Below are positions 12,104-23,223 of a DNA stretch of 64,000 bases, in pieces (within the stretch, counting starts at the first letter, position 1; the number at the start of each line of letters is the position of its first letter). A model generated the notes under the pieces. That model saw only the letters and a program-made list of their open reading frames with translations. It searched no databases and had not been told where the DNA came from. The position numbers and the translations under genes are program-made. This DNA comes from Schmidtea nova (taxonomy: Eukaryota), in NCBI GenBank assembly GCA_044892505.1, contig CM097883.1:266104001-266168000 (forward strand), written 5' to 3'.

Positions 12104-12650
12104 TGTTTCGCCCAAAGCAGAAGTATGTTAGCTCAGATAGAGAGCTTGCTTCTATCTGAACCTATGCGTGTGCGTTTTGGTTTGTAGATGTTTGTCGCGT
12201 CTGTGTGCGCGTACTTTATTTTTCTTACCATCGCGTCTGTGTGCGCATTATGATTTTCATGGTTATCGCGTCTGTGTGCGCGTTTTGTTGGGACTTTTAT
12301 TTGAGGTTTGGAATAAATTGATTGAGAAATAAAATCGTGGAGTTTAAAAATCTGGTTGTTTTATCGTGTGATTTGTTGGATAAAATTGAATTTCTGGGAG
12401 TTTTGAAATCTTTGCTGAGTAATTCTTTGTGATTGATTCGAATTTTCTGAAATGACATCAAGCTTGATCTTATTACATTTTAATCATGTTGGCAACGTTC
12501 TCATACAAGTAGACTCTAATTCGATAGTTGACATTCAAACTGAAGACGATGCTTTGGAAACGAAAGAGTGTATCTCTATAGATTGTGAAAATAATATTAT
12601 ATCCTCAAGAGATATCAATCCTACTTTTCAATTTAAGAAAGTTAATTGTG
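12104..12650 (+). repeat. 3' LTR of second BEL element, left half
   Basis: Colinear with the 5' LTR up to ...GTTAATTGTG (6029). Confidence 0.92.
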
Positions 12651-13093
12651 AGTAGGTAGTTAGTGGCTCCCCAACCCAGTGGCTCCCCAACCCACCCCCC
12701 CCCTAGAAAAAAAGTGGGTTGGGGAGCCACTATGTTTTTTCGTCGATCTTTTGTATAGGAAAATTTTCGTCGATCTTTTGTATAGGAAAATTTTCGTCGA
12801 TCTTTTGTATAGGAAAATTTTGTCGGTCTTTTGTACAGGTGGGTTGGGGAGCCACTATGTTTTTGGGTCGATCTTTTGTATAGGAAATTTTTATCAATCT
12901 TTTGAATAGGATTTTCTACTCGGAGATTTTTTTCTCGGGCAAAAAGGGACTCTGAAATTTTGTACAGTGATTTTTGATCTGGTATATTTGAATAGGATTT
13001 TTGTTATGGTTATTTTGAATAGAGAATTTTATGTCGGTCTTTTGTATAGAAAAATTTTTTTCAATCTTTTCTATAGGATTTTCTTTTGTCAGT
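12651..13093 (+). repeat. Left TIR (internal copies at 21275-21720, 30059-30502 and 36926-37340)
   Basis: Reverse complement of 54995-55440; contains AGTGGCTCCCCAACCCA repeats and 27-bp CGTCGATCTTTTGTATAGGAAAATTTT repeats. Confidence 0.93.
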
Positions 13094-14598
13094 CGAGGCA
13101 TATGGCTAGAGAAACTCATAGATAAAGTATAAAACGAGCTATTAACCTGGAGTTTTATTTTCCTTTTTAAGCACAGGCTCTTTGTAAGGTCAGTTTGTTT
13201 TGGAACCAACCTACGCAGATGCTTCTCTCGTTTTTCCCACCAAGGATTAGCAGGAGTTACTAACTCTTTATCGGAGTCTTTCCCCAAGAACCAATATACG
13301 TTTTACCGCTTTATTAGCAATTGGTTTGCCTGCACACTTTACTCAGAGTGTGCATTGGTAGCAATCCCTAGAGATTACTCAGTGCCTCATCACCTTTGGA
13401 CCATCTATCACCTTTACTTACACTTGGTAAACTTCCTCTCTTTGTACTCGAGTTAGTTTATTAGTGTCGAAGTGATAGATTAATGCCAGTCGAATCATAG
13501 TGGCAAGCCACAAAATCAACGACCAACATTCAACTTACATGATAGATCAACGGATTCTTTAGAGGACAAAAGATACTTGTGGTATCCGGCTCCCCCCTGC
13601 GCTGCCCCTACCACAGGTACGTTATTAAGGCAATCGTATTACCGGCCGCGTTGACGCATGTAAACCCACTTAGCAAGCCGAGTGGTGCAGTTTATCTTTT
13701 TATAACTGGTGGTCCTACTCCCACACTGTCTTTACAACTTAACACCAACCAGCTCCGAATATCTTGCTTTCGCTGTCATTTAAACGGTGAGACTGGCACT
13801 AAGCTGCGCTGCCATTGGTTATGATAAGTAGTCATAACTCGTGTAGTCCTATTCAGCAATCTGAATAGCGTAGTTTGTCTTTTTGTAGCTGGTGGTTCTA
13901 CTCCCACGCTGCCGGACAAGCATCGTACTCATCCTCATACAAACACTAATACTCTATTAAACTCGAGGCTTTGATGATGTCTTGCCTGACTCTTCAAGAG
14001 ATTTATATACATGTTTGCGTCCAGTTTTCCCGGTTCATTATTATTATAAAGATAAAATAAAATAAAATAAAGTTAAAAGGATACGATTGTTCTTGTAGAG
14101 AAGATCGAATAGGCCTAAAGAAAACTCAAAGTAATTGAACTTACCACAGGGTCTCCTCGAATGCACGACTTGGACCTAACTAGCGGGATTTATACTAAGG
14201 GAGTTCCACCCATTCTTGCACCCTCAGCCGATCGTGCACCCACCCCTTTAAGCGAAAGGAAGACCCTCTACGGACTGTCGGGAGAGTTCTTCGCAGCTTC
14301 TTCTGTTATCCCTACAATGGGTCTCGGAAGCGGCCCCAAATCCACGAGTGAAACCTACAAAGCAATCTTTTCTTCTAAATATTTTGTAATTAAATAGTTT
14401 AATTAGATCTGCCCCCTATTTTATAATCAAGCAAGCATACAGACAAACAATCAGACAACCAGAGACTAAATAAAAAGAAAATAAGTAAACAGTAAAATAA
14501 GAAGCGAAATGTGAGTTTAATATATAGAATATATGGTTATTTTAATAATAAAGATAAAGTTATAAACCAATACTGTTATTATATAAACATACAAACTA

Positions 14599-17500
14599 TT
14601 AGTGCCAATTCCTCCAAGCGCAATACATTCTCGCCGTCCAATTTAGTACTTTCAGAGATATGAGCATGGCGTCTGACTGCGTGACACCGAATTTCTGTAC
14701 GGTGTCCCATGAATCCTCGGCCCAGATACCCCGCCAGTTCAGCGTTAACGCACCGAACTCTACCGTATCTGCCCCCTGCTCAAGGACCCAGTCACGTATC
14801 TCAATCTCATCATATACCTTGGACTTTGTAGTATTCCGTTCTCTCAGATCTGACTTTTCACTAACAATTTGTACATCCACGACCATAGCACGGCGGTCCT
14901 TGATAATTACTAAATCCGGTTTCCGTATAGTCTCTTTATACGGTATAACCGGTTCCACAAGGGTCTTCCACCCCTTCTTCCTCGCGATGTCAGCTGTAAA
15001 AAGCATCACTTTATTGTGTCGTTCCACTCGCATCCCATGCGTAGCAGTGCACTTTTGTGATATGTGGCTAAGGCTGCAGGGTAACCCACAACCCGCCTTA
15101 CATATAGATGATGAAGTGGCGGAGCCGCCATTCATACGACTGAGTCGCGTCGGGGTACTAAAAAGGTTTCCACGAACTTTGACACTGTTGACGAAGGATC
15201 TACCTGTCATCAACTTAGTCCGGGCCTTAAGCCAGTTATGAACAAAAGGCACCTTGTCGCTTTCACACAGACCCTTCCCATCTAGCTTTTTATACAACAA
15301 GTCTCGCATCGACTCGTAATAGGTATGTTTTTCGTACGCCAGGGAGTCACCAGTTTTAATAGGCTTACTCCATTTGGCTAACAAGTTTCTGACGACATCC
15401 TGCTCCACTAATCCGCGAATCCTTCCATCACTGCTATCGGCAAGCCTCTTCAATCTAGTTATCTTCGCAAACTTCACCTCAGCCAAGAGAGTAGGTACCC
15501 CCATTCCTCCATCTTTAACTTTGGAGTGAATGTACGAAAAGCACGTATCTTTGGGTAGATGTAGCCATTTGCGAACAAGCTTCCGGGTTATCTTGTCCAG
15601 TTCACAAAGCTCCAAGTCATCGGTTTCGCCTAAAATTGCTTCGTGCAAAATGCCCGGTATAAGGAAGTTAGTTAAGACTTCCAGTTTTTGTTGTGGTTTA
15701 ATAGGGGAGATAGTAATATTATTAATGCGTTCTGTAAATATTTTAGTTAAGTTATTTTTCATTTTACCCAGCGGACCAAAATAAATGCCTAGATATTTAT
15801 AAAAATCATTTGATAACAAAATGGGAAATTCCTCTTCACCATCGGCCACTCGCTCCGGCGTTATTATCCAACTGTCATTCTTCCCGTCTCTTTTGGCTAC
15901 AATGGATGCACACTTTGCAGCATTCACTGAAAGACCATTTTCACCAAGTTCTCGAAGAACAGAAGAAAGAATGTCTTGGAGTCCTTCTTTGGTCTCAGCT
16001 AGAAGGATAATATCATCAGCGTAGGCCATAATGGGATAGGTATTTCCATTCATCTTGTATCCGAGTCGGGTTTTGTAGGCTTTCTCAATCGCCAACTCAA
16101 TAATGTTATTAAAAAGTGCGGGTGAAAGCGGATCCCCTTGCTTTACACCTCTTTTGAACGTAGCTGGCGTTCCATCTACAATAGTCTCGGCGTCAGTGTA
16201 GCTATTTTCTATATAGTTTAAAAGTAGTTTGGGGTAATGGGCTATTTTTGCCGCTCTCAAAATACTGTCATGATTGACAGAATCAAAAGCTTTCTTCATG
16301 TCAATGAAGGCGAGGGCAATATTCTTTTTATTTTTACGTGCATCTGAGAGGATAGAGTCTAGTAAAATGGTATTCTCTAGACATCCATCAATGGGCTTGA
16401 ACCCTTTTTGGGCTGAAAAACTTTTATCATAGTTTAGGGTTCGCTGAGCGAGAATTTTATTTAAAACTCTAGTTATAACTGAATTTATTGAAATAGGCCG
16501 ATAATCACTTGGACTTTTTGGATTATCGGTTTTTGGTATTAGCGTTGTTCTGGAGCTTTTTAGAACCGGAGGAAGATAACCTAGATAAATAACCAAATTA
16601 AATAACTTTACCAAAACAGACGTCGGGATCGTCCTTAGTGTTGCTGTAGTAATGCCATCAGGACCACAGGCAGTCTTCAGGTCTATTTCCTTAACCGAAT
16701 TCAGAACCTCTGAATCGGTTATAGGTAAGACCATATTACTCTCCTCAGTTACATTTTCTACAGCTCTTGTATCAGCATCTGATTCCCTTTCGAAAACCCC
16801 ACGCCAATACTCACCCAGACCCGTAACTGGTTCGATACCACTCACCAAAGAATCGACCTTCCCCCCGAGTATCACTTTGGCTGCCTCACTTCTGTCTTTT
16901 TTGAATAGTTCTTGGAGAGCTCCATATGTTTTTCTTCGGAACTCTTTCTTCAGATGCTTCTTCGCATCCTTGGACGGCTTGACTAGTGGGCTAACCTTAC
17001 TACGGGGTGGCTTTCCTTTGGGACGATGGCTAAAGGTTATATCATTACAATATATCTCTAGACATCTTCTTTTTTCATCAGACGCAGGAGGACCGTGGAT
17101 AATATAGTCAAGGTCGCGCTCTTGTCAATCATCAATACCTTCCTTCTTTGGTAGTGCGGAGAGGTACTTGATGATTGCTTCTTTGTCCGATTCATCGTGG
17201 GCGAACTGAACCTGCTGCTTGTTTTGCGGTATGCAAATATTGTCGTCAAGGTTTTCCCTTAACACTTGTAATATTTTACAATACCTAACCGTTTTCAAGT
17301 GTGCTCTAATGGACTCCTTGGAGCGATCAGCACTAACGGTCCCTAATTTGTACATCAAAACTCCCCTATTACATTCGAGTCTCTCACATGCCACATGCAC
17401 CTTAGCCATGCGGACTTCCTCCTCAACAGTCCAAATTGCGTTACGCGAGTTGATTTTATTTTTATTTATTTTATTTATCTTAGCGGCATCGTGTTTATCA

Positions 17501-17625
17501 CGATGTTTGTTACTGGTGTGTACCCCCTTCCCAATTTTAGTCGAAAAAACTGCTTCACAAAAATCACAAGCGAAAGTGTCGGCGGCTTCCTCTCCCTTCG
17601 TTTTTAATTTATCATTTGTTTTCAT
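14599..17625 (-). pseudogene. R2 ORF copy 1 with W-to-stop near 17125
   Basis: Track ORFs 17125-17625 and 14599-16875 are in one frame, split by TGA where other copies have TGG; QGDPLSP and YADD intact. Confidence 0.92.
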
Positions 17626-17899
17626 TTTTCATTTTTCAGTTTTTAAGGGAGTGTTTTACAGTAAGACACCCTCCCTTGGTAATGTCTCACCGTCCTAAAA
17701 TTAACCTACGTAGATACCTTACCTAGTTCTTTAGTGGTGGTGGTCGTATACAATCTTATTCTTAAACATTATTATTTTCCTAGCATGAAAGCCCACATAC
17801 AACCAGTAGTTTGTTGTATGTGGGCTTTCGTGTTAGCATGCTCCCTGATACCAGAGCATTACTTTAAAAGACATATACAACATACAATATAACTACATA

Positions 17900-18110
17900 T
17901 TTAAAAGTCTGTGCAAAATGCCCACATAGTACCCCTTGGGGCACTATGTGGGCAATTATACATTACAACTTTTGTACACAAATGAAAATACATTATACAC
18001 AATGTGACATGAGTACTATTAACTACATATTTAAAAGTCTGTGCAAAATGCCCACATAGTACCCCTTGGGGCACTATGTGGGCAATTATACATTACAACT
18101 TTTATACACA
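17900..18110. repeat. ~130-bp duplicated unit with a 17-bp-stem hairpin (also ~26510-26740, ~35290-35510, and 3 copies at ~49890-50170)
   Basis: TGCCCACATAGTACCCC-TT-GGGGCACTATGTGGGCA. Confidence 0.9.
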
Positions 18111-18219
18111 AAATCATAATTTACAAATACAGATTGGTGGGGAGGACATACTGGGCCAGTCCTCTCCTTATATAATACCATAGTTAATACTTAAATACCT
18201 GAGTACTAATTTATTTCAA

Positions 18220-18358
18220 GTACCTAAAATACCTGGAAGCCTTAAAATACCTGAAATACCTAAAATACCTAAAATACCTAGGATACCTAAAATACCTAAG
18301 ATACCTAAAATACCTAAAATACCTAAAAATACCTAAAAATACCTAAAATACCTGAAAA
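18220..18358. repeat. 9-bp minisatellite (AATACCTAA/AATACCTAC)n in the R2 5' region (also 26845-27060 and 35625-35842)
   Basis: Read directly; copy number differs between R2 copies. Confidence 0.92.
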
Positions 18359-18989
18359 TAGAATGACAATATGGTTAACAATTAATATATTTAATAATTT
18401 AAGGGTCAAGGAAAATTTTGGCGTGGCGGTGTTGGGTTAAGGGGGAGATCTCGATCTAGTTAGTACTTATAAACTAGTCAATTCTCGTACCAACATGTTT
18501 CCGGTTGAGTAGTGGCCTACTACTCCACCGAAAACTGTCAGTCTGATCTCCCTTATCCGCCCTTACCCTAGCGGCTGGTTTGAACTTATGTAGCAGTACT
18601 ACACAGACCCAATCACGTTTATAGTGAGAAAGGTATCACTCTGATCTGCCGGACGCACCCTACCAGTGTAGGATCTACTCTATAGGGACTATAGAGGGTC
18701 TATCCCGCCTTGTTATTGGAGAGATAGAACGATGTAAATTTGCAAACACTAACTATGCGTAAGCTATATATTACCTTTTTTAAGGACAGGTATAAAGTTG
18801 ACCACTACCCCAAGAACGCGACTGCTTTAGACGCTTTGTTCAAGGCGAACACATGGTACTCGATAGCCCTTAATGAGAGTAATGCGGCACCGAATTGTCG
18901 AAGCACCGAAGCACTCCAATTCTTCTACCGCAGACCTAAGATCAATTGGCAATCAGTGGTATTTTTCACCCACCAACTGACAAACACTT

Positions 18990-19830
18990 AGAATTTTACT
19001 ATATAGCTAGGCTATATAGAACAAAATCATTTTTATAGTGGGATTTGCCACCACCGAGTTTACTAAGCAACTAGGCCACTTAGAACAATTCCTTTGGCAA
19101 TGAGAATTGCAAAACACCTGTACACAGGACCGACAATAACGTGTCGACGACAAGACCTGATTAACCCGGGCCCTTATCAGTAATCAGCAGTATGTTTCAC
19201 CCACCAACTACCAAACGTCCCGTATTTTTACTATATAGCTAGGCTATATAGAACAAAATCATTTTTATAGTGGGAATTGCCACCACTTATGTAACCAACA
19301 TCGAGCCAACATCGAGTTTACTAAGCAACTAGGCCACTTAGAACAATTCCTTTGGCAATGAGAATTGCAAAACACCTGTACACAGGACCGACAATCACGT
19401 GTCGACGACAAGACCTGATTAACCCGGGCCCTTATCAGTAATCAGCAGTATGTTTCACCCACCAACTACCAAACGTCCCGTATTTTTACTATATAGCTAG
19501 GCTATATAGAACAAAGTCAATTTATAGTGAGATTTGCTACCACTGATATAACTAACATCGAGCCAACATCGAGTTTACTAAGCAACTAGGCCACTTAGAA
19601 CAATTCCTTTGGCAATGAGAATTGCAAAACACCTGTACACAGGACCGACAATCACGTGTCGACGACAAGACCTGATTAACCCGGGCCCTTATCAGTAATC
19701 AGCAGTATGTTTCACCCACCAACTACCAAACGTCCCGTATTTTTACTATAAAGCTAGGCTATATAGAACAAAGTCAATTTATAGTGAGATTTGCTACCAC
19801 TGATATAACCAACATCGAACCAACCACGAT
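18990..19830. repeat. ~258-bp tandem repeat x3+ in the R2 5' region (also ~27745-28620)
   Basis: Unit begins ACTATATAGCTAGGCTATATAG at ~18998, 19229, 19488 and 19745. Confidence 0.92.
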
Positions 19831-20256
19831 TATTACCCTCACTATATTTTACCCAACATCGACCAGATCGTTCAATCAGTTCCTCTAGTTTCAAAGGCGT
19901 CCCCACACTACACTCGCAGAATAAGTACTAATGTATATATTCGCTGGTAGATTTAAGATCCATTATAAGAATTAACACTGTTTTTAACAAAAGAGTGAGA
20001 GTAATTCTTAGTATAATCTCAGTACAGTCTTCCTAGTTCGGTTACTCCGGGCGTCCCACAGAGATTCTCACTAGAAGATCGGATCTTAAACTTCATGTTG
20101 CCATGAAGGTATATTTTCATATACTGTCACCTTAAAAAGGCACTTTCGGACAGATATATATTACCAAAAGTGAACCTTTCAAAACGCTACTATAGAACGT
20201 AACGATAATTAAAATCACCCCCTGAAGGAAGGACAATGAGATCAAACGACTATTAC

Positions 20257-20326
20257 CGAGTTTACGTTTTTGGTTCCATATTTTCATATGGTTAACAGGA
20301 AGACCCCGTGAAGGCTTGTAAACTCG
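20257..20326 (-). ncRNA. HDV-like ribozyme core, R2 copy 1
   Basis: Same motif as 47374-47443 with two substitutions in the P2/P3 junction region. Confidence 0.6.
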
Positions 20327-20591
20327 AACTTCTTTCTCACGCACATATGTACTAAACTGTACTATTGTACTAGAAAGTTGTAAATCGCAAACATCCAGCC
20401 AACAATTACGGTAGATGTTGTATTATATTCACCATGGCAGGTTCCAATTGTCCTTTCCTCGGTTATAGTCAGTAACCTAAGAAAATACTATGATAAATCA
20501 TAGTTTACTACAACTCCGGATATCTCATGACACCACTTTGTAAGTTATAGTTATTTAAGTTAGACAATTGGAGATCCTAGCAAATTAGACT

Positions 20592-20840
20592 TAGTCCGTG
20601 CCAGTTCTAAGTTGACCGTTTAGTGTACAACGACGATCGTCAATCCGAAGACCAACAACCAAAGCAAAATTCGCCCATCAACCAGTTAAAAAAGTACCAT
20701 CTCAACACCATTTCAAGTTGCCTCAAAACAGCATCAAAACAGCTCAATTCTATACCAACTGACTTCTTAACTAAGCCCATCATACCCGGTCCTTAGAGCC
20801 AATCCTTTTACCGAAGGTACGGATCTAATTTGCCGACTTC
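20592..20840 (-). rRNA. 28S: 28S rRNA gene fragment (~250 bp) at the 5' end of R2 copy 1
   Basis: GAAGTCGGCAAATTAGATCCGTACCTTCGGTAAAAGGATTGGCTCTAAGG ... CAACTTAGAACTGGCACGGAC match conserved LSU motifs flanking an expansion segment. Confidence 0.9.
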
Positions 20841-21274
20841 TTTTTTTCTTACCATCGCGTCTGTGTGCGCATTATGATTTTCATGGTTATCGCGTCTGTG
20901 TGCGCGTTTTGTTGGGACTTTTATTTGAGGTTTGGAATAAATTGATTGAGAAATAAAATCGTGGAGTTTAAAAATCTGGTTGTTTTATCGTGTGATTTGT
21001 TGGATAAAATTGAATTTCTGGGAGTTTTGAAATCTTTGCTGAGTAATTCTTTGTGATTGATTCGAATTTTCTGAAATGACATCAAGCTTGATCTTATTAC
21101 ATTTTAATCATGTTGGCAACGTTCTCATACAAGTAGACTCTAATTCGATAGTTGACATTCAAACTGAAGACGATGCTTTGGAAACGAAAGAGTGTATCTC
21201 TATAGATTGTGAAAATAATATTATATCCTCAAGAGATATCAATCCTACTTTTCAATTTAAGAAAGTTAATTGTG
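20841..21274 (+). repeat. Copy of BEL LTR flank attached to array unit 2 (also 29625-30058, 36505-36925 and partial 38590-38717)
   Basis: Matches ~12219-12650 and is preceded by a T-tract. Confidence 0.93.
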
Positions 21275-23223
21275 AGTAGGTAGTTAGTGGCTCCCCAACC
21301 CAGTGGCTCCCCAACCCACCCCCCCCTCCCTAGAAAAAAAGTGGGTTGGGGAGCCACTATGTTTTTTCGTCGATCTTTTGTATAGGAAAATTTTCGTCGA
21401 TCTTTTGTATAGGAAAATTTTCGTCGATCTTTTGTATAGGAAAATTTTGTCGGTCTTTTGTACAGGTGGGTTGGGGAGCCACTATGTTTTTGGGTCGATC
21501 TTTTGTATAGGAAATTTTTATCAATCTTTTGAATAGGATTTTCTACTCGGAGATTTTTTTCTCGGGCAAAAAGGGACTCTGAAATTTTGTACAGTGATTT
21601 TTGATCTGGTATTTTTGAATAGGATTTTTGTTATGGTTATTTTGAATAGAGAATTTTATGTCGGTCTTTTGTATAGAAAAATTTTTTTCAATCTTTTCTA
21701 TAGGATTTTTTTTTGTCAGTCGAGGCATATGGCTAGAGAAACTCATAGATAAAGTATAAAACGAGCTATTAACCTGGAGTTTTATTTTCCTTTTTAAGCA
21801 CAGGCTCTTTGTAAGGTCAGTTTGTTTTGGAACCAACCTACGCAGATGCTTCACTCGTTTTTCCCACCAAGGATTAGCAGGAGTAATAAACTCTTTATCG
21901 GAGTCTTTCCCCAAAAGCCAACATACGTTTTACCGCTTTATTAGCAATTGGTTTGCCTGCACACTTTACTCAGAGTGTACATAGGTAGCAATCCCTAGAG
22001 ATTACTCAGTGCCTCATCACCTTTGGACCATCTATCACCTTTACTTACACTTGGTAAACTTCCTCTCTTTGTACTCGAGTTAGTTTATTAGTGTCGAAGT
22101 GATAGATTAATGCCAGTCGAATCATAGTGGCAAGCCACAAAATCAACGACCAACATTCAACTTACATGATAGATCAACGGATTCTTTAGAGGACAAAAGA
22201 TACTTGTGGTATCCGGCTCCCCCCTGCGCTGCCCCCACCACAGGTACGTTATTAAGGCAATCGTATTACCGGCCGCGTTGACGCATGTAAACCCACTTAG
22301 CAAGCCAAGTGGTGCAGTTTATCTTTTTATAACTGGTGGTCCTACTCCCACACTGTCTTTACAACTTAACACCAACCAGCTCCGAATATCTTGCTTTCGC
22401 TGTCATTTAAACGGTGAGACTGGCACTAAGCTGCGCTGCCAATGGTTATGATAAGTAGTCATAACTCGTGTAGTCCTATTCAGCAATCTGAATAGCGTAG
22501 TTTGTCTTTTTGTAGCTGGTGGTTCTACTCCCACACTGCCGGACAAGCATCGTACTCATCCTCATACAAACACTAATACTCTATTAAACTCGAGGCTTTG
22601 ATAATGTCTTGCCTGACTCTTCAAGAGATTTATATACATGTTTGCGTCCAGTTTTCCCGGTTCATTATTATTATTAAGATAAAATAAAATAAAATAAAGT
22701 TAAAAGGATACGATTGTTCTTGTAGAGAAGATCGAATAGGCCTAAAGAAAACTCAAAGTAATTGAACTTACCACAGGGTCTCCTCGAATGCACGACTTGG
22801 ACCTAACTAGCGGGATTTATACTAAGGGAGTTCCACCCATTCTTGCACCCTCAGCCGATCGTGCACCCACCCTTTAAGCGAAAGGAAGACCCTCTACGGA
22901 CTGTCGGGAGAGTTCTTCGCAGCTTCTTCTGTTATCCCTACAATGGGTCTCGGAAGCGGCCCCAAATCCACGAGTGAAACCTACGAAGCAATCTTTCCTT
23001 CTAAATATTTTGTAAATAAGTAATTTAATTAAATCTGCCCCCTATTTTATAGTCAAGCAAACATACAGACAAACAACCAGACAACCAGAGACTAAATGAA
23101 AATAAGTAAACAATAAATAAAATAAGAAACGAAATGTGAGTTTAGTATATAGAATATATGGTTATTTTAATAATAAAGATAATGTTATAAACCAATACTG
23201 TTATTATATAAACATACAAACTA

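Larger units (their letters stand above)
13094..20840 (-). mobile_element. R2-clade non-LTR retrotransposon, copy 1 (full length, nonsense mutation)
   Basis: From the 28S fragment (20840) to the TAGCCATATGCCTCG target remnant (13094-13108). Confidence 0.9.

Noticed and set aside
12730-12830. 27-bp and 258-bp repeats as a CRISPR array
   Set aside because: No unique spacers, no cas genes, eukaryotic context
12916-13287. 123-aa ORF MGKDSDKE... recurring in each unit
   Set aside because: Crosses the R2 3' UTR/TIR junction and translates TIR repeats; no domain recognised
14660-17698. Recurrent opposite-strand ORFs over the R2 genes (193, 151, 84, 67 aa etc.)
   Set aside because: Antisense shadows of the R2 ORF, repeated only because the element is repeated
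19000-19250. Hammerhead ribozyme in the 258-bp R2 repeat
   Set aside because: CTGAT motifs are present but lack the CUGANGA core and a compatible GAAA stem arrangement
20592-20840. A functional rDNA unit
   Set aside because: Only ~250-bp 28S pieces are present; no 18S, 5.8S or remaining 28S
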